A stretch of 64,000 nt of DNA. It comes from Callorhinchus milii (Eukaryota). The stretch covers positions 7,812,001-7,876,000 of the forward strand of contig NW_024704761.1 of assembly GCF_018977255.1 (NCBI RefSeq). Direction: 5' to 3'. A program made the translations under genes and the position numbers. Shown here piece after piece: positions 1 to 12,497 of this stretch (positions within the stretch are counted from its first letter, which is position 1; every line of letters begins with the position of its first letter). The notes below the pieces were generated by a model that saw only the letters and a program-made list of their open reading frames with translations, was not told the DNA's origin and made no database searches.

Positions 1-35
1 ACTCAGAGACAAGCGTGCTACCACTGAGCCAAGCT
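1..35 (-). mobile_element. Head of a Deu-type SINE (family B), truncated by the window edge
   Basis: The reverse complement, AGCTTGGCTCAGTGGTAGCACGCTTGTCTCTGAGT, contains an A-box and matches the heads at about 6500 and 46635. Confidence 0.65.
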
Positions 36-777
36 TCGCCGTGTTTATGCTGACACCTTTATCTGGCTCAGATCTGATCCATGTCGGGTTCACTTGGCAA
101 CAGGCTCATCCCCAACACTGGCCAACTTCACATGACCATCTGAGTATGGCCCTGTTGTTTGCCCTTCCCCACTGGTGTATCCCACGCAAGATTAAAAATA
201 AAAACACCAAAGACCTGTGCCTTGTACAATGTGTGGGCGTTAGCTATGTGGGTTCGTGCACATTCAATTTTATTTATATATATCTATTTTAAAAAATTGT
301 CATTTACATTTGAACAAGTTGCAGTAATCGAAACAGCATGGGGTCGAGAATGCAGGCTGAAGGGTAGGACTAGTGATAATTAAAGCAGTTGATATAAAGC
401 TGTGCCCAAGTATCTTCGCTCATCTCTTGCTGCAAACGAAAGTCAGGTTTTAGGATGCTTTTATAGCGTCTCATCCTTTTCTCTTGTAAAAATAATTCAG
501 GGCATACACACACACACAAAAACTCCACGGATTTCACAATCAGAAACCCCAAATAGCACTCACACACTCACCACAAATCACCTTCCTGTCAACAACCCAC
601 AGCTCTGATTCTCCCAAACTATGTGACCCACTGGTGTTCCACCAAAGCAAATACACTGCAGCAAAGCACCCTCTCTGTATCATTGGTAGCACAACATAAA
701 TCTCTCTCCCACCCCACTAACACACACCACCCAGCTCAGAAAAATACACCCTTCCCCCCACCCACCCCAATCATTAT

Positions 778-913
778 ACACTGCTATGCACAATTGGCTG
801 TCGGTTTTGCCCACAAATATACAGTCAATTCATGTTACGGTATATTGTGTGAAGCGCTTTGAGATGTCTAGAAGACATAAAAAGCGCCATGTCAAATGTA
901 AGGATTATTATTA
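778..913 (+). mobile_element. SINE 3' half (family A tail)
   Basis: CAATTGGCTG...CAGTCAATTCA...GTGAAGCGCTTTGAGATGTC...AAATGTAAGGATTATTATTAT, shared with the full copies. Confidence 0.85.
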
Positions 914-1244
914 TACACAGCAAACCTTCCCAACTACCAGCTTATGGAGCAAATCTCCTCACCTGACTCAGTATATAGAGAAAACAACCTCACCTCACTG
1001 TGTTCTTCACTTTTATTTTGTAAAGTTAGAAGTGCAGCACAAACTGAGCTCAACACCCTTCCTTGATCCTTGGATGGTGCTAATTGGGTCAGAGAGTTCT
1101 GTGGTTTCACAAGCTCAACGTAATTGTCTCCTGGCGAATGTTAAGTTAAGCCAGAACACAGAGGTCTGTTAAAGCAGCTCCTTCATGATATTTTGTGTAC
1201 GTTTTACAGCCAATTTTGTAAGGAACTGTGAAAGACCTTAGATT

Positions 1245-1480
1245 TTTTTTCACTCAGAGAGTTGTTGGGATGGGGAATGCCCTGCCTGACAAGTAAGGTG
1301 GTAGAAGTAGGTTTCATATGCTTATATTCATATATTTTAAATAGATATGAAAGATAGAGGCTTCAAGGGATATGGGGATAAGGCAGGGCAGTGGGATTGA
1401 ATGAACACCTTGCTCTGAGAGCCAGTGCAGACTCGATGAGCCAAATGGCCTCCTTCTATGCTGTAACTTTCTATAATTCC
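1245..1480 (+). mobile_element. CR1-type LINE 3' end
   Basis: FF(T)QRVV..WN.LP-type relic followed by GGATATGGGG...GAGCCAAATGGCCTCCTTCTATGCTGTAAC, a typical CR1 3' terminus. Confidence 0.8.
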
Positions 1481-1539
1481 ATAAACCAAGTCTGAGATTT
1501 GGAAGCCATTTAAGATATGAATTTCAAATGTGATGGCCT

Positions 1540-1910
1540 GTAAAATACACAGCTGTACAGCAAATCCTGTGAAGCTCTTTGAGATGTCCTAATGCCTGAA
1601 AGGCACTATATATAATCTTAATAATGAGAATCCTTACATTTAGTATAATGTCTTTCATGTTAGGAGTAGGCATTAAAGCACTTCGCAGGATATACACTTT
1701 TTGACTGTATATTTTTAGGGCAAACATTGCAGCCAACTTGCGCACAGCAAAGTCCCCCAAAACAGCCAATATAGGGAATGACCAATTTTATTTTGACGGA
1801 TGGTCAGCCAGGCCAGCGGGAGAAACTCTTTTTGGACAGTGTCAAGGGAACTCTAACATTCACCTGAATTTGCAGATGGGAGTTTGGTTTAACATCTCAC
1901 CCGAAGGATA
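1540..1910. mobile_element. SINE tail (+, 1540-1615) tail-to-tail with a Deu-type SINE (-, 1618-1910)
   Basis: GTGAAGCTCTTTGAGATGTCC...GAAAGGCACTATA followed by the reverse-complement Deu motifs GCAGCCAACTTGCGCACAGCAA and GGTTTAACATCTCACCCGAAGGA. Confidence 0.75.
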
Positions 1911-4900
1911 AGATCATAGGCAAGGATTATAATCATCATGTTATTAGGATAAACTTTTAAACTATTATTGCTACATGTGGATGACCTGCAGTCGGTGCCA
2001 TAAATAACTCTTCATCATCCGCAATACAGGGAGGATTTGTACGTCCATTTGTAGTGATTTGCACTGCTAGACCTTTAAGTGTTTTTTTTAATACTGGAAA
2101 ATAGCTCTGTGTACAATATCCAGACCAAAAAAAAATGACCTTTTCAGGAGAGAATAAAGAATTATAATAAACATGACATGACAATGCTGGCAGTGCAATG
2201 CAAAAATAAACCCATTCTGTTTCCGAGTGCTGTCATCCTTCACCTTTACGAAAAACACAGACGCAGAAAGGGCCATTTCAGTTAGTACATTATGGGGGAA
2301 TGTGTTGCTCCTAATATGCTCTCCTCCATTCAACTGATATGTTACTTGGAGGTGAAATGTACCTCATTCTGTGACAGATTTGAAATGGCATTGAATCAGT
2401 TATGAAATATTGCAAATTTACCCCCTATTTAGTTCCACAATCTACCATTCTCTTCAATTCTGATTTACAGATTTGGGGTAACATACAGAACTTTAAAGGC
2501 TATTTTGAGTTTTATGCTTTCGCAGGTTACACCTGCAATCCCATCGACACGTAGAAATTCCAGAAATATTTATTACTGTCGTGGATCTGGCGTCTTCCTG
2601 CGTTGCAGAAACACCTGCCTTCCTAGCCCACAGCAGTGCGACACTCACTGCTTGTCCGCACAAACCCCTACACTACCGGTTTACAAGAAACTCCCAATAT
2701 CTTTAGGCCCAAAAACATGCCCCATTCCCAACGACTGCAAAGCGGCGTGGCTCTCAAGCCCAATTTAACTGGGCACCTTGGCTGCCTCACATTGATGCGT
2801 CCACCTGAAGCAGATCACGATATGCCCGCATAAAACAGTTGGTTTGCTAATTAGAATCCAGTGCCTGAGCTAAAGAGTTGTGTGTAACCTCTCGACAAAA
2901 CTCTGGGGCTCTCAGACTGTCCAGCTATTATTTACTAATTCACACACACACACATACATATTGTATGCACATATATATTTAAAAAGAGCCACAGCGTTTA
3001 ATCCAGTGAAGTGTCTGTGTAGCCACGTGGCTGCCAGACAGTCGCTGCCACTCTGGTGGAAGGGCAGTGGAGTGTGTAATGTCTAATCTGTCCATAAACT
3101 TCATAATACAGTATCAAGGTGTATCTTAGGCCATACATTATAAATGAGAAGTGAATTACTTTTTCCATTACTAATGGATGACTTGGGGGATTGGCAGATC
3201 GGTGCTGGGCTCTGCCAGCAGGGTTCTTGCTGAATGATAGCCTCACTAACTCACCTTAAAAATCGCTCCGCTTGACAGACGCTGCACATTCAGCACCAGC
3301 TCACTTATTTCTTCCTTAAATTATTGGATTTTAAAAAGGCAATGACTGCCTAAGGTGAGGGATTCGACTTTCTGCTTCCTAGGATCAGGCATTAACATTA
3401 GGTTGAAATATGTTTAAGTAAAGAGCAGAGTGGGGATGTTTCGTACTTCAGAAAGGCCGTGTTGTTTGTTACATTTACATGTTGAATCGCAAGGTGAGCC
3501 CAGGACTGGAATCTGAGTTATTATTAGTTGTGCAGTATTATCTCAATAGACCGTTTCTTTACTGAGTACAGAATTCCCTTTCAAGTCATAGTACAGAACA
3601 CTTCTTCTCCACAAAGAATTTACAAGAATGTATAAACAATACAAATTTACATTTATGTAGCATCTTTCACGTCAGGAGAACATCCCAAGGCTCTTAACAA
3701 TACCATCTTGGCACCTGAGCTGAGGACGGGAGCCCACTAACAAATAACAAGAGTCTAATTCAAATGCCCAACGTATCATTAGAGAATTTTTCAGCACTCA
3801 GTGAAGGTGTTTAGTCCAACTCCTATTGTTTCTCCACATCCTTTTCCATTTTTCTTTTTCTGACACTGACCTAATTGCCTCTTGAATGCCATTATGGGCT
3901 CTGCTTCAAACACTAAAGGCTATGGTGTGACATTCTGTGTCCCAACAAACCGTTGTGTTTGTGTAAAAAATAATACTCCAAGCCTCTCTCCTTCAATCCC
4001 CTTTCAACAAACTCATTGAGGCCAAATTCAAATTCAAACACTAAAAATTGTTGATACTTCTGCAAACATCATGGCCTTTATTTATAGCAAAAAGAGAGTC
4101 TTGGTTTGTGATCAGGTCTGATCAGATTGCTCAGACAGTAAGAGAGCGAGCTACGGGATTCATACTGTGGCTGTTTTGCAAAAGAATAGGTGAGATTGGA
4201 GCAGAGGTAAGATCTCCAAAACTCAGTGGATTTCGGCAAAGCTCTAATATGACTGCTTTCCTACCTGTGCTGCTGGATTAATAGATCAATACAAAGGGAT
4301 GGTGAAACTAGAACCAAATCTAACCATCCTAAAGGCTACATTCTCCACATACAGCCTGGTGCGGAATAAAAAGATGAATGCCTCATATTGGTGCATAATT
4401 GGTGTTCTTTCATCCCTTGTTTCACCTTCCCATCCCCAATCTCTGGGAGACTAAAACGGTCATGTGGAGGTAAGATACACTGTACATGGTCAGGGTCAAC
4501 AGCACTTGCAGCTGAATGGGAATGACTCCCAGCTATGTGAAGCAAAGGCTAGATGTTGGGTCCATTCCTTCTAAGCTGACCCAACAGGATACCTGCCCCC
4601 AGTCTCCGATGAACACTTTTGTGGCCCACAATGACATTTCCCTTTTTCCACACTAACTACTGTATAACTATGGCTTGACCAGGTGCCTAATACTGTAGAA
4701 TTTCAGCATTCAATACTGCAGTACTAAACTTTGGGTCAGTCCATGTTGTAAATTATTACCTAGTGGTAATAATAATTATAATCCTTGTATTTGATAAGGC
4801 ACCTTTCATGTGTGGAAGTCGTATCGAAGCAGGTCATGGAATTTACTGTATAGCATAGTAAACCGTGTATTCTGTAGGTGAACAGGTAGCAATTTCTACC

Positions 4901-6229
4901 TAATAAGATAATAATAATAATAATAAGGTTGCCTTCAATTTCACTTGGCACCCTAAGTGTGTGTGGGGGCTTTCATCCTATCCATTTACGTGGGACTTCA
5001 ATTCAGACGCTGCAGATTAAAAGGACATTGTGCTAACCCACTGAGTCATCCACCTGCATAAAGCATGTTGAAAGGAAAACAAATAAAACAATTCAATTTC
5101 AGCAGCTTGGGTACTTATTTGTTCAGCAATCCAGTCCTGAAATGCCAATAAAAGGGTCAAGGGGTGGTCCTACTGCTTCCTCACTGCACCAGCCTCTGAT
5201 TTGTAAGTGCTGTTCAGCGGCAAAGAAAAGAAGTGTCTGTTAAGAAATGCTCTGGCATCCAGGACCGGTGAAACCACATCACTTTATCTGTAGGAATACT
5301 CGTGAATTGAAGCAAAGTCCCAAGTAATTGATTCGGGTAATCTCTCTGTGCGTTTCATGCTTTCACCCGATTGATCAGCAACCGCCTCTGTGATCGACTA
5401 TTCCCTGTGACAATTTGAGAACAATAATTTGATTTAGTGCCTCTCACGTCGGGAGGACATCCCAAAGTGCTTCGCAGGAAACTGTAGTAAACTGTAGTGA
5501 CTGTGTATGGATTTACTTATGAAGTCAATTTGCACGCAATACAGTGAAGGCTGGCTATGGCGTACCTTAATACCACAAATTACCATCTATTAATAACTTA
5601 CAATAGACAAGTCACTTTTTAACTGGACTTTCCCTGCTATCTGGGATGCAGTGGGGGGGGAGGAATATGACCGATTTTAACATCCTAAATTTATCTGACC
5701 ACTTCAGAGCTCCTGCATCAGAAAGAAATTGTCTAAAATCAATACAAAATGTTGGCTGTGTTCAGCTTCTATACTGGCTCTGGCCTCCTGTTCCACTCTC
5801 AGGGGCTGCTAAACAATGATGAAGAGAACACATTAAATGGAAACACTAGTTTGTACTAAAAAATCTATGAAACTGTAATTTGTTCAATGAAGATTACTTT
5901 CATGAGTAGACCGAGTTCAACACACTAGCAATTTACATAATTGTTTGAATTGTCAGTTGAAGTGAAAGAGGCAGAATGGAGCGCGCCATACACCATGGAA
6001 AGAAAAAGATTGAGAATTACCCCAATCTGTGATAATGAGGGTTATAGAAATGAAAGGAAAACTAAAGGGAAAAAGGATACAGGGGGAGGGAAGGGCATTG
6101 GAAATGCACAGAATACACAAAACTAGCGGGAAATATTATTTGAGAAAATAAATCAAGTGATCTCGAGCTCTGAGACACTACCCTGCACGAAGAGTGCTAT
6201 ATAAATGTCACAAACAGACATGTAATGAG

Positions 6230-6512
6230 TGGCCAAGTTCATTTGCGGGATTGTTGGCCAGGAAACCCGGGAGAGAGAAACTTCCTTCTCTTTTCGAACA
6301 TTGTCACGGGATCTTTAACATCCATCTGAACAGGCAGTCGGGACCTCGGTTTAATGTCTCATCTGAAGGATGACATCTCCAACATTGCCACACACCCCCG
6401 GCAGTGCATTGAATTGTCAGCTTAGACTATGTAATTCTAAGTGCTGATGTTGGGCTAGAACCCACAACCTTCTAACTCAGATGCAAGAGTACTACCAGTG
6501 CACCAGGGTGAC
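6230..6512 (-). mobile_element. Deu-domain SINE (family B; SacSINE1/AmnSINE1-like), 5' two-thirds
   Basis: The reverse complement contains GATGAGACATTAAACCGAGGTCCCG...GATGTTAAAGATCCCGTGACA...CCTGGCCAACAATCCC and a tRNA-like head. Confidence 0.85.
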
Positions 6513-6878
6513 AAATGTTTGCAGGTGTACTCCATAAATCCTGGATTCGTCAGAGTGCTGGCTCATTTCCCAGACAAAGGCACCTACCTCCTCCTGCTCT
6601 TCACAACATACATCCTTTCACGTGTTATGACATCATCCGTATAAGCTAAAGTAAACACAGCATTTAAGTGGTACAACGGCCTTGCTATTTATAGCATCAT
6701 TTGTGGTTTCATCTTCCAGATCCAGAATTAAAGGTAAGCGGTCTCTGGTCTCTAATGTAAACTGACCTGCACCTGTCCAATTTTGTAGGTCTCTAATTAG
6801 ACGGTACTAAAAACAGATCCCAAAGAAAAACTGCATCCATCAACCGTGTATGTGTGTGTGAACATTTGCAAGAAAAGT

Positions 6879-7257
6879 GGAGTCCTGTGTTCAGTGGTTA
6901 GAACACTCGCCTCACAAACGAGAGACCTGAGTTTGATTCCCGGCAGGGCGAACTGTTGGGCAAGTTTCCTTACTCAGTGTATCTCTATTTACCTAGCAGT
7001 AAGTAGGAATCCGGTTGTTAGTCGATTGGCGGATCGGTTTTCCGGGGGTAATAATTCCTTAAAAAAATTTATATTAAATTGGTCACTTCATTCCACTACC
7101 GCGTGTAGGACACTACTGTGCGCAATTGGCTGCCGCGTTTCAACCAACAAAATATACAGTTAATTCACTTTGCAGTATATTCTGCGATGTCTCTTTTGAG
7201 ACGTCTCTAAGAGGTGATAAAGAGCTATATCAAATGTAAGGATTATTATTTTTATTA
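6879..7257 (+). mobile_element. tRNA-derived SINE (family A, long form), full length
   Basis: GGAGTCCTG head with A- and B-box-like motifs, central GGCAAGTTTCCTTACTC...GTTAGTCGATTGGCGGATC block, L2-type tail and (ATT)n end. Confidence 0.92.
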
Positions 7258-8799
7258 ATACATTTAAAGCAAAACCGATTCGAAGCTTTCCGGTGCCGAT
7301 GTACACGATAAGTCAACAAAATAAGCTATATCCTGAGTTTAGTTGCAGACGATGATGAAAAGTTCGCTCTGTTATGCTCTATATGCATTTGGTGAGCAAG
7401 GAGGCTTTCTTAGCAATACCCCAGTCAATGCTCTTTTAGTAAGGAGCTATTTCCCAGCACAGATCCATACAGGGATAATGACAGGACCACACTGGTATAT
7501 AGTGTAGCTGCCGTTATTCACAGAGAAGCTATTCCCATTTTGAAGAACAAATTCAAAGAGATATCATCGTTTTCTGTTTAATACGGCTTACTATATTCTA
7601 TTAAATACTGGCGGTGCGGTTGAGAAGCGAGATACAGTAACAAGCATGTCAAAAAGAATCAACATCACCAATCGGAGTACAGTATTATGTTGTAGCCTAT
7701 GTTCACTAAATTGTTCTTAAAAACAGTTATTATGGTTTAAGAGAATTACTAGTGCTGTCGTGTGAAGTGCTGGCCATGGTTTAGAAGAAAATCAATACTT
7801 ACTCTGCATTAATGTAAGAGATAATGGCTCCTGTCTGATAAATCTCACTCTACGCTCATTGTGATACTCTGATCCTAATCAGCATGAGGCTCAATTACTG
7901 ACATCATTGATTTTCAGGCTCAAGTGGGATTCATATTATCAAGCCGATAAAGGATAGAAAACCCAGAGCATCTCAGATGTGCAGCCTTTTTTCTTTGAAT
8001 ATGTGCATTGTCTTTCCCCTTTCCACCTTACAGACCACCCTCATGGATCACCACACGCAAGTAAATCAGTCGAGGACAGGTAACCCACCAAATGTCTATT
8101 TCCACTTATTGCGCAAAACAGCTTCACGACGGAGGCGATTACTAAAGATGTGGGATTGTTGTTCAACTAGGATTTGCCTCCAGTATACCTTATGACACAA
8201 TGCTAGTAAGTCATTTGTAGGTCTGTTCCAGGAGATGAATTATGGGGCTGAGTTTTAATGCCTTATTATTGGGGTCATTGATGAACTGGGCTGTAAAGCC
8301 AAGTCATTCTGAATTGCACCGTTTGCAACGCACAGGACTGTGTGATGATATTTCCATATGGGAAACAGCTAAAGTTAACGCACAATCCTCGACACAAAAT
8401 ACAAATTGTTCCTCGATTACGATCTTAGCTGTGGTGTCAGCAATTGTATCTCCATTCCTTGTTCCTCCCTGCCTCTGCCCTGTGTAGCTGTACATTCAGA
8501 CAGGAACATAGAGGCCGGACTAGGCTGGATAAGACCGTCATGATCCACTTGACAACTCCCAACGTAAAAATAATCCCACACCATCTCCCTCACACCATGC
8601 TCCCCCCAACCGAGTTCCAATTCTAAGTTCAATTTGCTGAGACAATCCGTCACCTCCCTGAGCGCTTTCTTTATTCTACATACTCACTACTCTGTGGTGT
8701 AAATTAAATAAATCTGAAATGACTCAAGTCTGTGTCTGCGTGTTGTAGATGTTTTGATCATGTTTGATCAAACATATTAGTCGGGTCTGATTTCTCTCA

Positions 8800-8890
8800 G
8801 CTCTTGAATACTTAACGAGAGCTTCCCCAGTCTTTCTCTTCTCAAGTCTGAACATTCTCTGCCTCTGTAGCCTCTCTTTGTAACACAGCC
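8800..8890 (-). mobile_element. CR1 ORF2 relic
   Basis: Translates LCYKERLQRQRMFRLEKRKTGEAL, a decayed form of the CR1 LSYEERL..LFSLEKRRLRGDL motif. Confidence 0.65.
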
Positions 8891-10254
8891 ATATCACTAA
8901 ATCACTAAAGTTGCCCTTTGTTGAAATCTCTCGCAACCCCGGCAGGTCCTTCCTGCAATACGAGGAAGTCCTTGGTGCAAAAATGGCCTCCAGAAATAAA
9001 CAGGATTTTTGACTTGCTTCTGCCCCCGGTTCATCATCAAATAACAACTGGCAGTGTGTCGGATTGCTTAAACGTTGATTCCCGGCAATGAATGGAATTA
9101 ATTTGTTCGAATAAAGTGGAGTGTATACCTCAGCGAGGATGTGGGTCTTTGTTGTTCTGCTCATCAGTAAATGTACTGAGCTTGTTAGTGCAAAGCTTTT
9201 AATGGGATTTTTCCAAACTAAATGCACAATCAGACCTGTTTGCTCACTAAAGGTAGGGCACAATGCTCAAGCGTGGGAGATAAACACCACCGTACTTTCT
9301 GCAAATATTTTCCTGTCTACGCGGTGATCTCACCCGGTTTACTCATTGAGGAATCCCGTTAGAAACGGTCGCAATTTAGATCAAACTCATCAGGTTCAGA
9401 GATTCTCTCTCTTTCGAAATTCGCCCACAATGATATCTGTCTTTCTGAGCTGCGAGCGGTTCTTAGCTCTGGGACCCCAGTCATTTCGAGCCGTTTTCAG
9501 CAGTGCTGGTACATGATGCTTGAGGGACTTGCCCTTTTACAATACTGGATGTGATGTGAAAGGCGCCATACAAATGTAATTTTGTTGTTGTTGGAGCTAG
9601 GACCTGAATGATCTCAACTGCTAAACGCAGGAACATAAAGTCATCTCTAAATATTAGTAAATTATGGGAAGAATATCTTTTTTATTCCGCTGCAGAAGTA
9701 TATCCAACCAGCGGTACATTTTCATTTGTCTCTGAATATGTTCTCATTATTCTTTCATCCTGACTGAAAGCACCCCCCCACCTCCCCACCCCCCACCTCT
9801 TCCCAGTCAGAAGCATTTTTAGACGCTCTCTTGTGACGTCACAACCAAGGTCAAAGGTGCTTATTAAAAAAGATTGAACCAAGGATTAATTAAATGTGAT
9901 GGAAATAGAGCCTATATTCCTTGAAATGCAGACTGAGTCTTTTGTCGACTGCTCGGGTCATTAACTTCACTACGATGAAATCAATGCATTCACTGAAAAA
10001 CAGCTTTCCTTGGATTTCAAAAGACTGTGGGAAAAAAAAATTTGGAGTGATTTGTTTTAACTGGATTTTGGGCGGATATCTGTGAGGAGAAATACAATAG
10101 CAGGTAGCGTGCTCAGACCCCGTCTGCCAATGAGTCTTTTCTTATAAAAGAAGTCGTTATTTTTTCAGCTTGCTTTGCAGTGGAGTCGCCTTTCATGATG
10201 ATGAAGGAGAAATCTGCAAGTGCCGTGGAGCTGTGTGACAAAGAAGTTGACTGG

Positions 10255-10449
10255 CCACTTGCCTGTCAACCACAAAACACACACAGTTACTTCATTTCAG
10301 TAAATCCTGTGAAGCGCTTTGAGACAGCCGCCTGACACGAAAGGTGCTATATCAACTGCAAGGATTATTATTATTGTCCAGCGCCTTGGGGCGTCCTCCC
10401 GACGTGAAAGGCGCTCTATAAATGAAATCTTGTTGTTGTATTATTATTG
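10255..10449 (+). mobile_element. SINE tail carrying a 62-bp L2 3' end (10377-10438) inserted in its (ATT)n tail
   Basis: The insert is flanked by identical TATTATTATTG at 10366-10376 and 10439-10449. Confidence 0.8.
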
Positions 10450-12284
10450 ATGGTCCCAATTTGGCACTTCCCCCACTACCATGCTGGAGTATCAGCCCCA
10501 ATACATTACAAAATTACATCTACATAACGCCTTTCACGTCAGGAGGATGTCCCAAGGCGCTGGACAGTCAGTGATTTGGACCTGATCTTGGGATGTGTCT
10601 TGAAGGAGACAAGGGAGGGTGCGAGGTGAATGTAGTCCCAAAGGGTGGGGTCCAATCAAACAGGGACTTGTCACATGAATGCGGGAATGCTAGAAAAAGG
10701 GGCATTTTTCTATTTTTTTTTGGTAGGCACTGATAAGAGCACATAAAGCACAGTGAAGAACACATGCTGAAATTGCAACAGCTTCCAGTAATGCTGCAGG
10801 AGTTTCTGCGGTCACATCTGAAGCACTCTAAATTTGTCTCTTTTCAACGTTTTCTCCTTTGACTTGGGATTTCTTCACTCGTGTCATTTCACTGAGTGTT
10901 CTCGTTTATTACCACCGTTAGAACTGTTCCGCCAGCAAAGCCAAGGGTTCACAGATATTGCTGTAAACAAGAGCAAATACCAACCTCCCTGAAGCAATGT
11001 AGAGAAAGGCTTGGTTTCATTCTGCTCTCCTTGTGCGCGTGTGTATGTGTCTCTCTCTCTCTCTTTGATACTCAAATTTGCTCTAAGTATTTTCATTTGG
11101 TAGAGCTTTGAACATAGAATCTCCTCTCGACTGCTAAGAGCGTCAGGCAAGAGTGCAGAGGGTGTATCATGGCAAATTCTGCGAAGCTCAGAGAATACAT
11201 TATATGAGCACTGCCGGTTACAAGAAAGGACCGAGAATGTGCAAGCATTCAGCCACAATTATTTACGTATTTATGTAGGCCTTTCACACCAGGAGAACGA
11301 CTCAAAGGGTTTCACGGAGCTGGCTGGGAGGCCAAGCTAGGGGTGGAAAGTGGGTGGAGGAGGGCGGAGGGAGCCTCTTACAGCTGAGGACCTCCACTGG
11401 AGGCACTTTTTGTGCACGAAGCAGCCCTGACAACCGCTACCTTTGACAATGCCGAGTGCTTGTATTTTTTTTCTGGTTCCTGGGGTTTCCTGATTGCTGG
11501 ATCCATGTGTGTGTGTGTGTGTACATATGCCAATGCATGTGTGCACAGCAGTGTTTTTCCCCCAAGCTCCTTCCCTCTCCGATGGCCTGCAGGGTAAGCT
11601 GTGTGAAGCCCCCTTCCCCCCCTCCCCAGCAGATGCAACCTAAGCCTATTTGCAGAGACAATTCTGCTCAAAGCAACTGGGGGATGTACACACAGCATAA
11701 GTCATCAACTTACCACTACAATAAGAAAGCGTGAAAGGAATGATATGAAGTTCAGGCCACTCCAAGGTTTTAGGAACAGGAGTAGGCCGTTCAGGCCCTC
11801 GATCCTGTTCCACTATTCTATTGGATCACGTTGAGACTTCTGCTGCACAAAGAGGCATGGTACAGTACAACGCCCAAGGAATCTCAAACCATTGATTTCC
11901 TCCTGTGTTGGGTATCCCAACAAGAATAAGACACTACAAAGATGGAAACAAACTGCACAATAGCATTACACCCATTTCTTTTAAAGAAAAGCAATTCAGT
12001 CAATGAATTTGATTTCCCTGAATGCATGGATTCTGACCACGATTTTTGTGTTGTTCATTTTTCTCCTGCCGTTTCCTGTAACCATAAATACGAACATTTA
12101 GTGCCCAGTTGAAACTGAAGACGGATGTCAGCGCCAAGAGTTGGAACACTACATTTTAGTCAGACTAGTGCTTGCATCAAGCACTCCCTGGTCAAGTATA
12201 TTGGGTTGGCTGCAGAATAAAGCTCTCTCTCTCTGCTGCCCTGATAATGGCCTTCAATTTCAGTCTCTGAAGGAGAGTCCCTGC

Positions 12285-12497
12285 TGTAACAGTGCCATGC
12301 GCAATTGGCTGCCGCATTTCATCCACAAATAATAGTCAATTCTCTTTACAATATATTCTGTGAAGTGCTTTGAGATGTCCCAAAGGCATGAAAAGAGGTA
12401 TATCTAGCTATATTTATATAAAAGCACTAAATGCAAGGATTAGTAATAGTATGTATCCTCTCCCGACGTGAAAGGCGTGTACAAATGTAATTTGTGG
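12285..12497 (+). mobile_element. Family A SINE 3' half followed by a short L2 3' end
   Basis: TGCGCAATTGGCTGCCGC...GTGAAGTGCTTTGAGATGTCC...AATGCAAGGATT, then TCCCGACGTGAAAGGCG..TACAAATGTAATTTGT. Confidence 0.8.

Noticed and set aside
8724-9263. Longest listed ORF (179 aa, minus strand)
   Set aside because: No recognisable domain or splice structure, and its C-terminal part is a decayed CR1 ORF2 motif.
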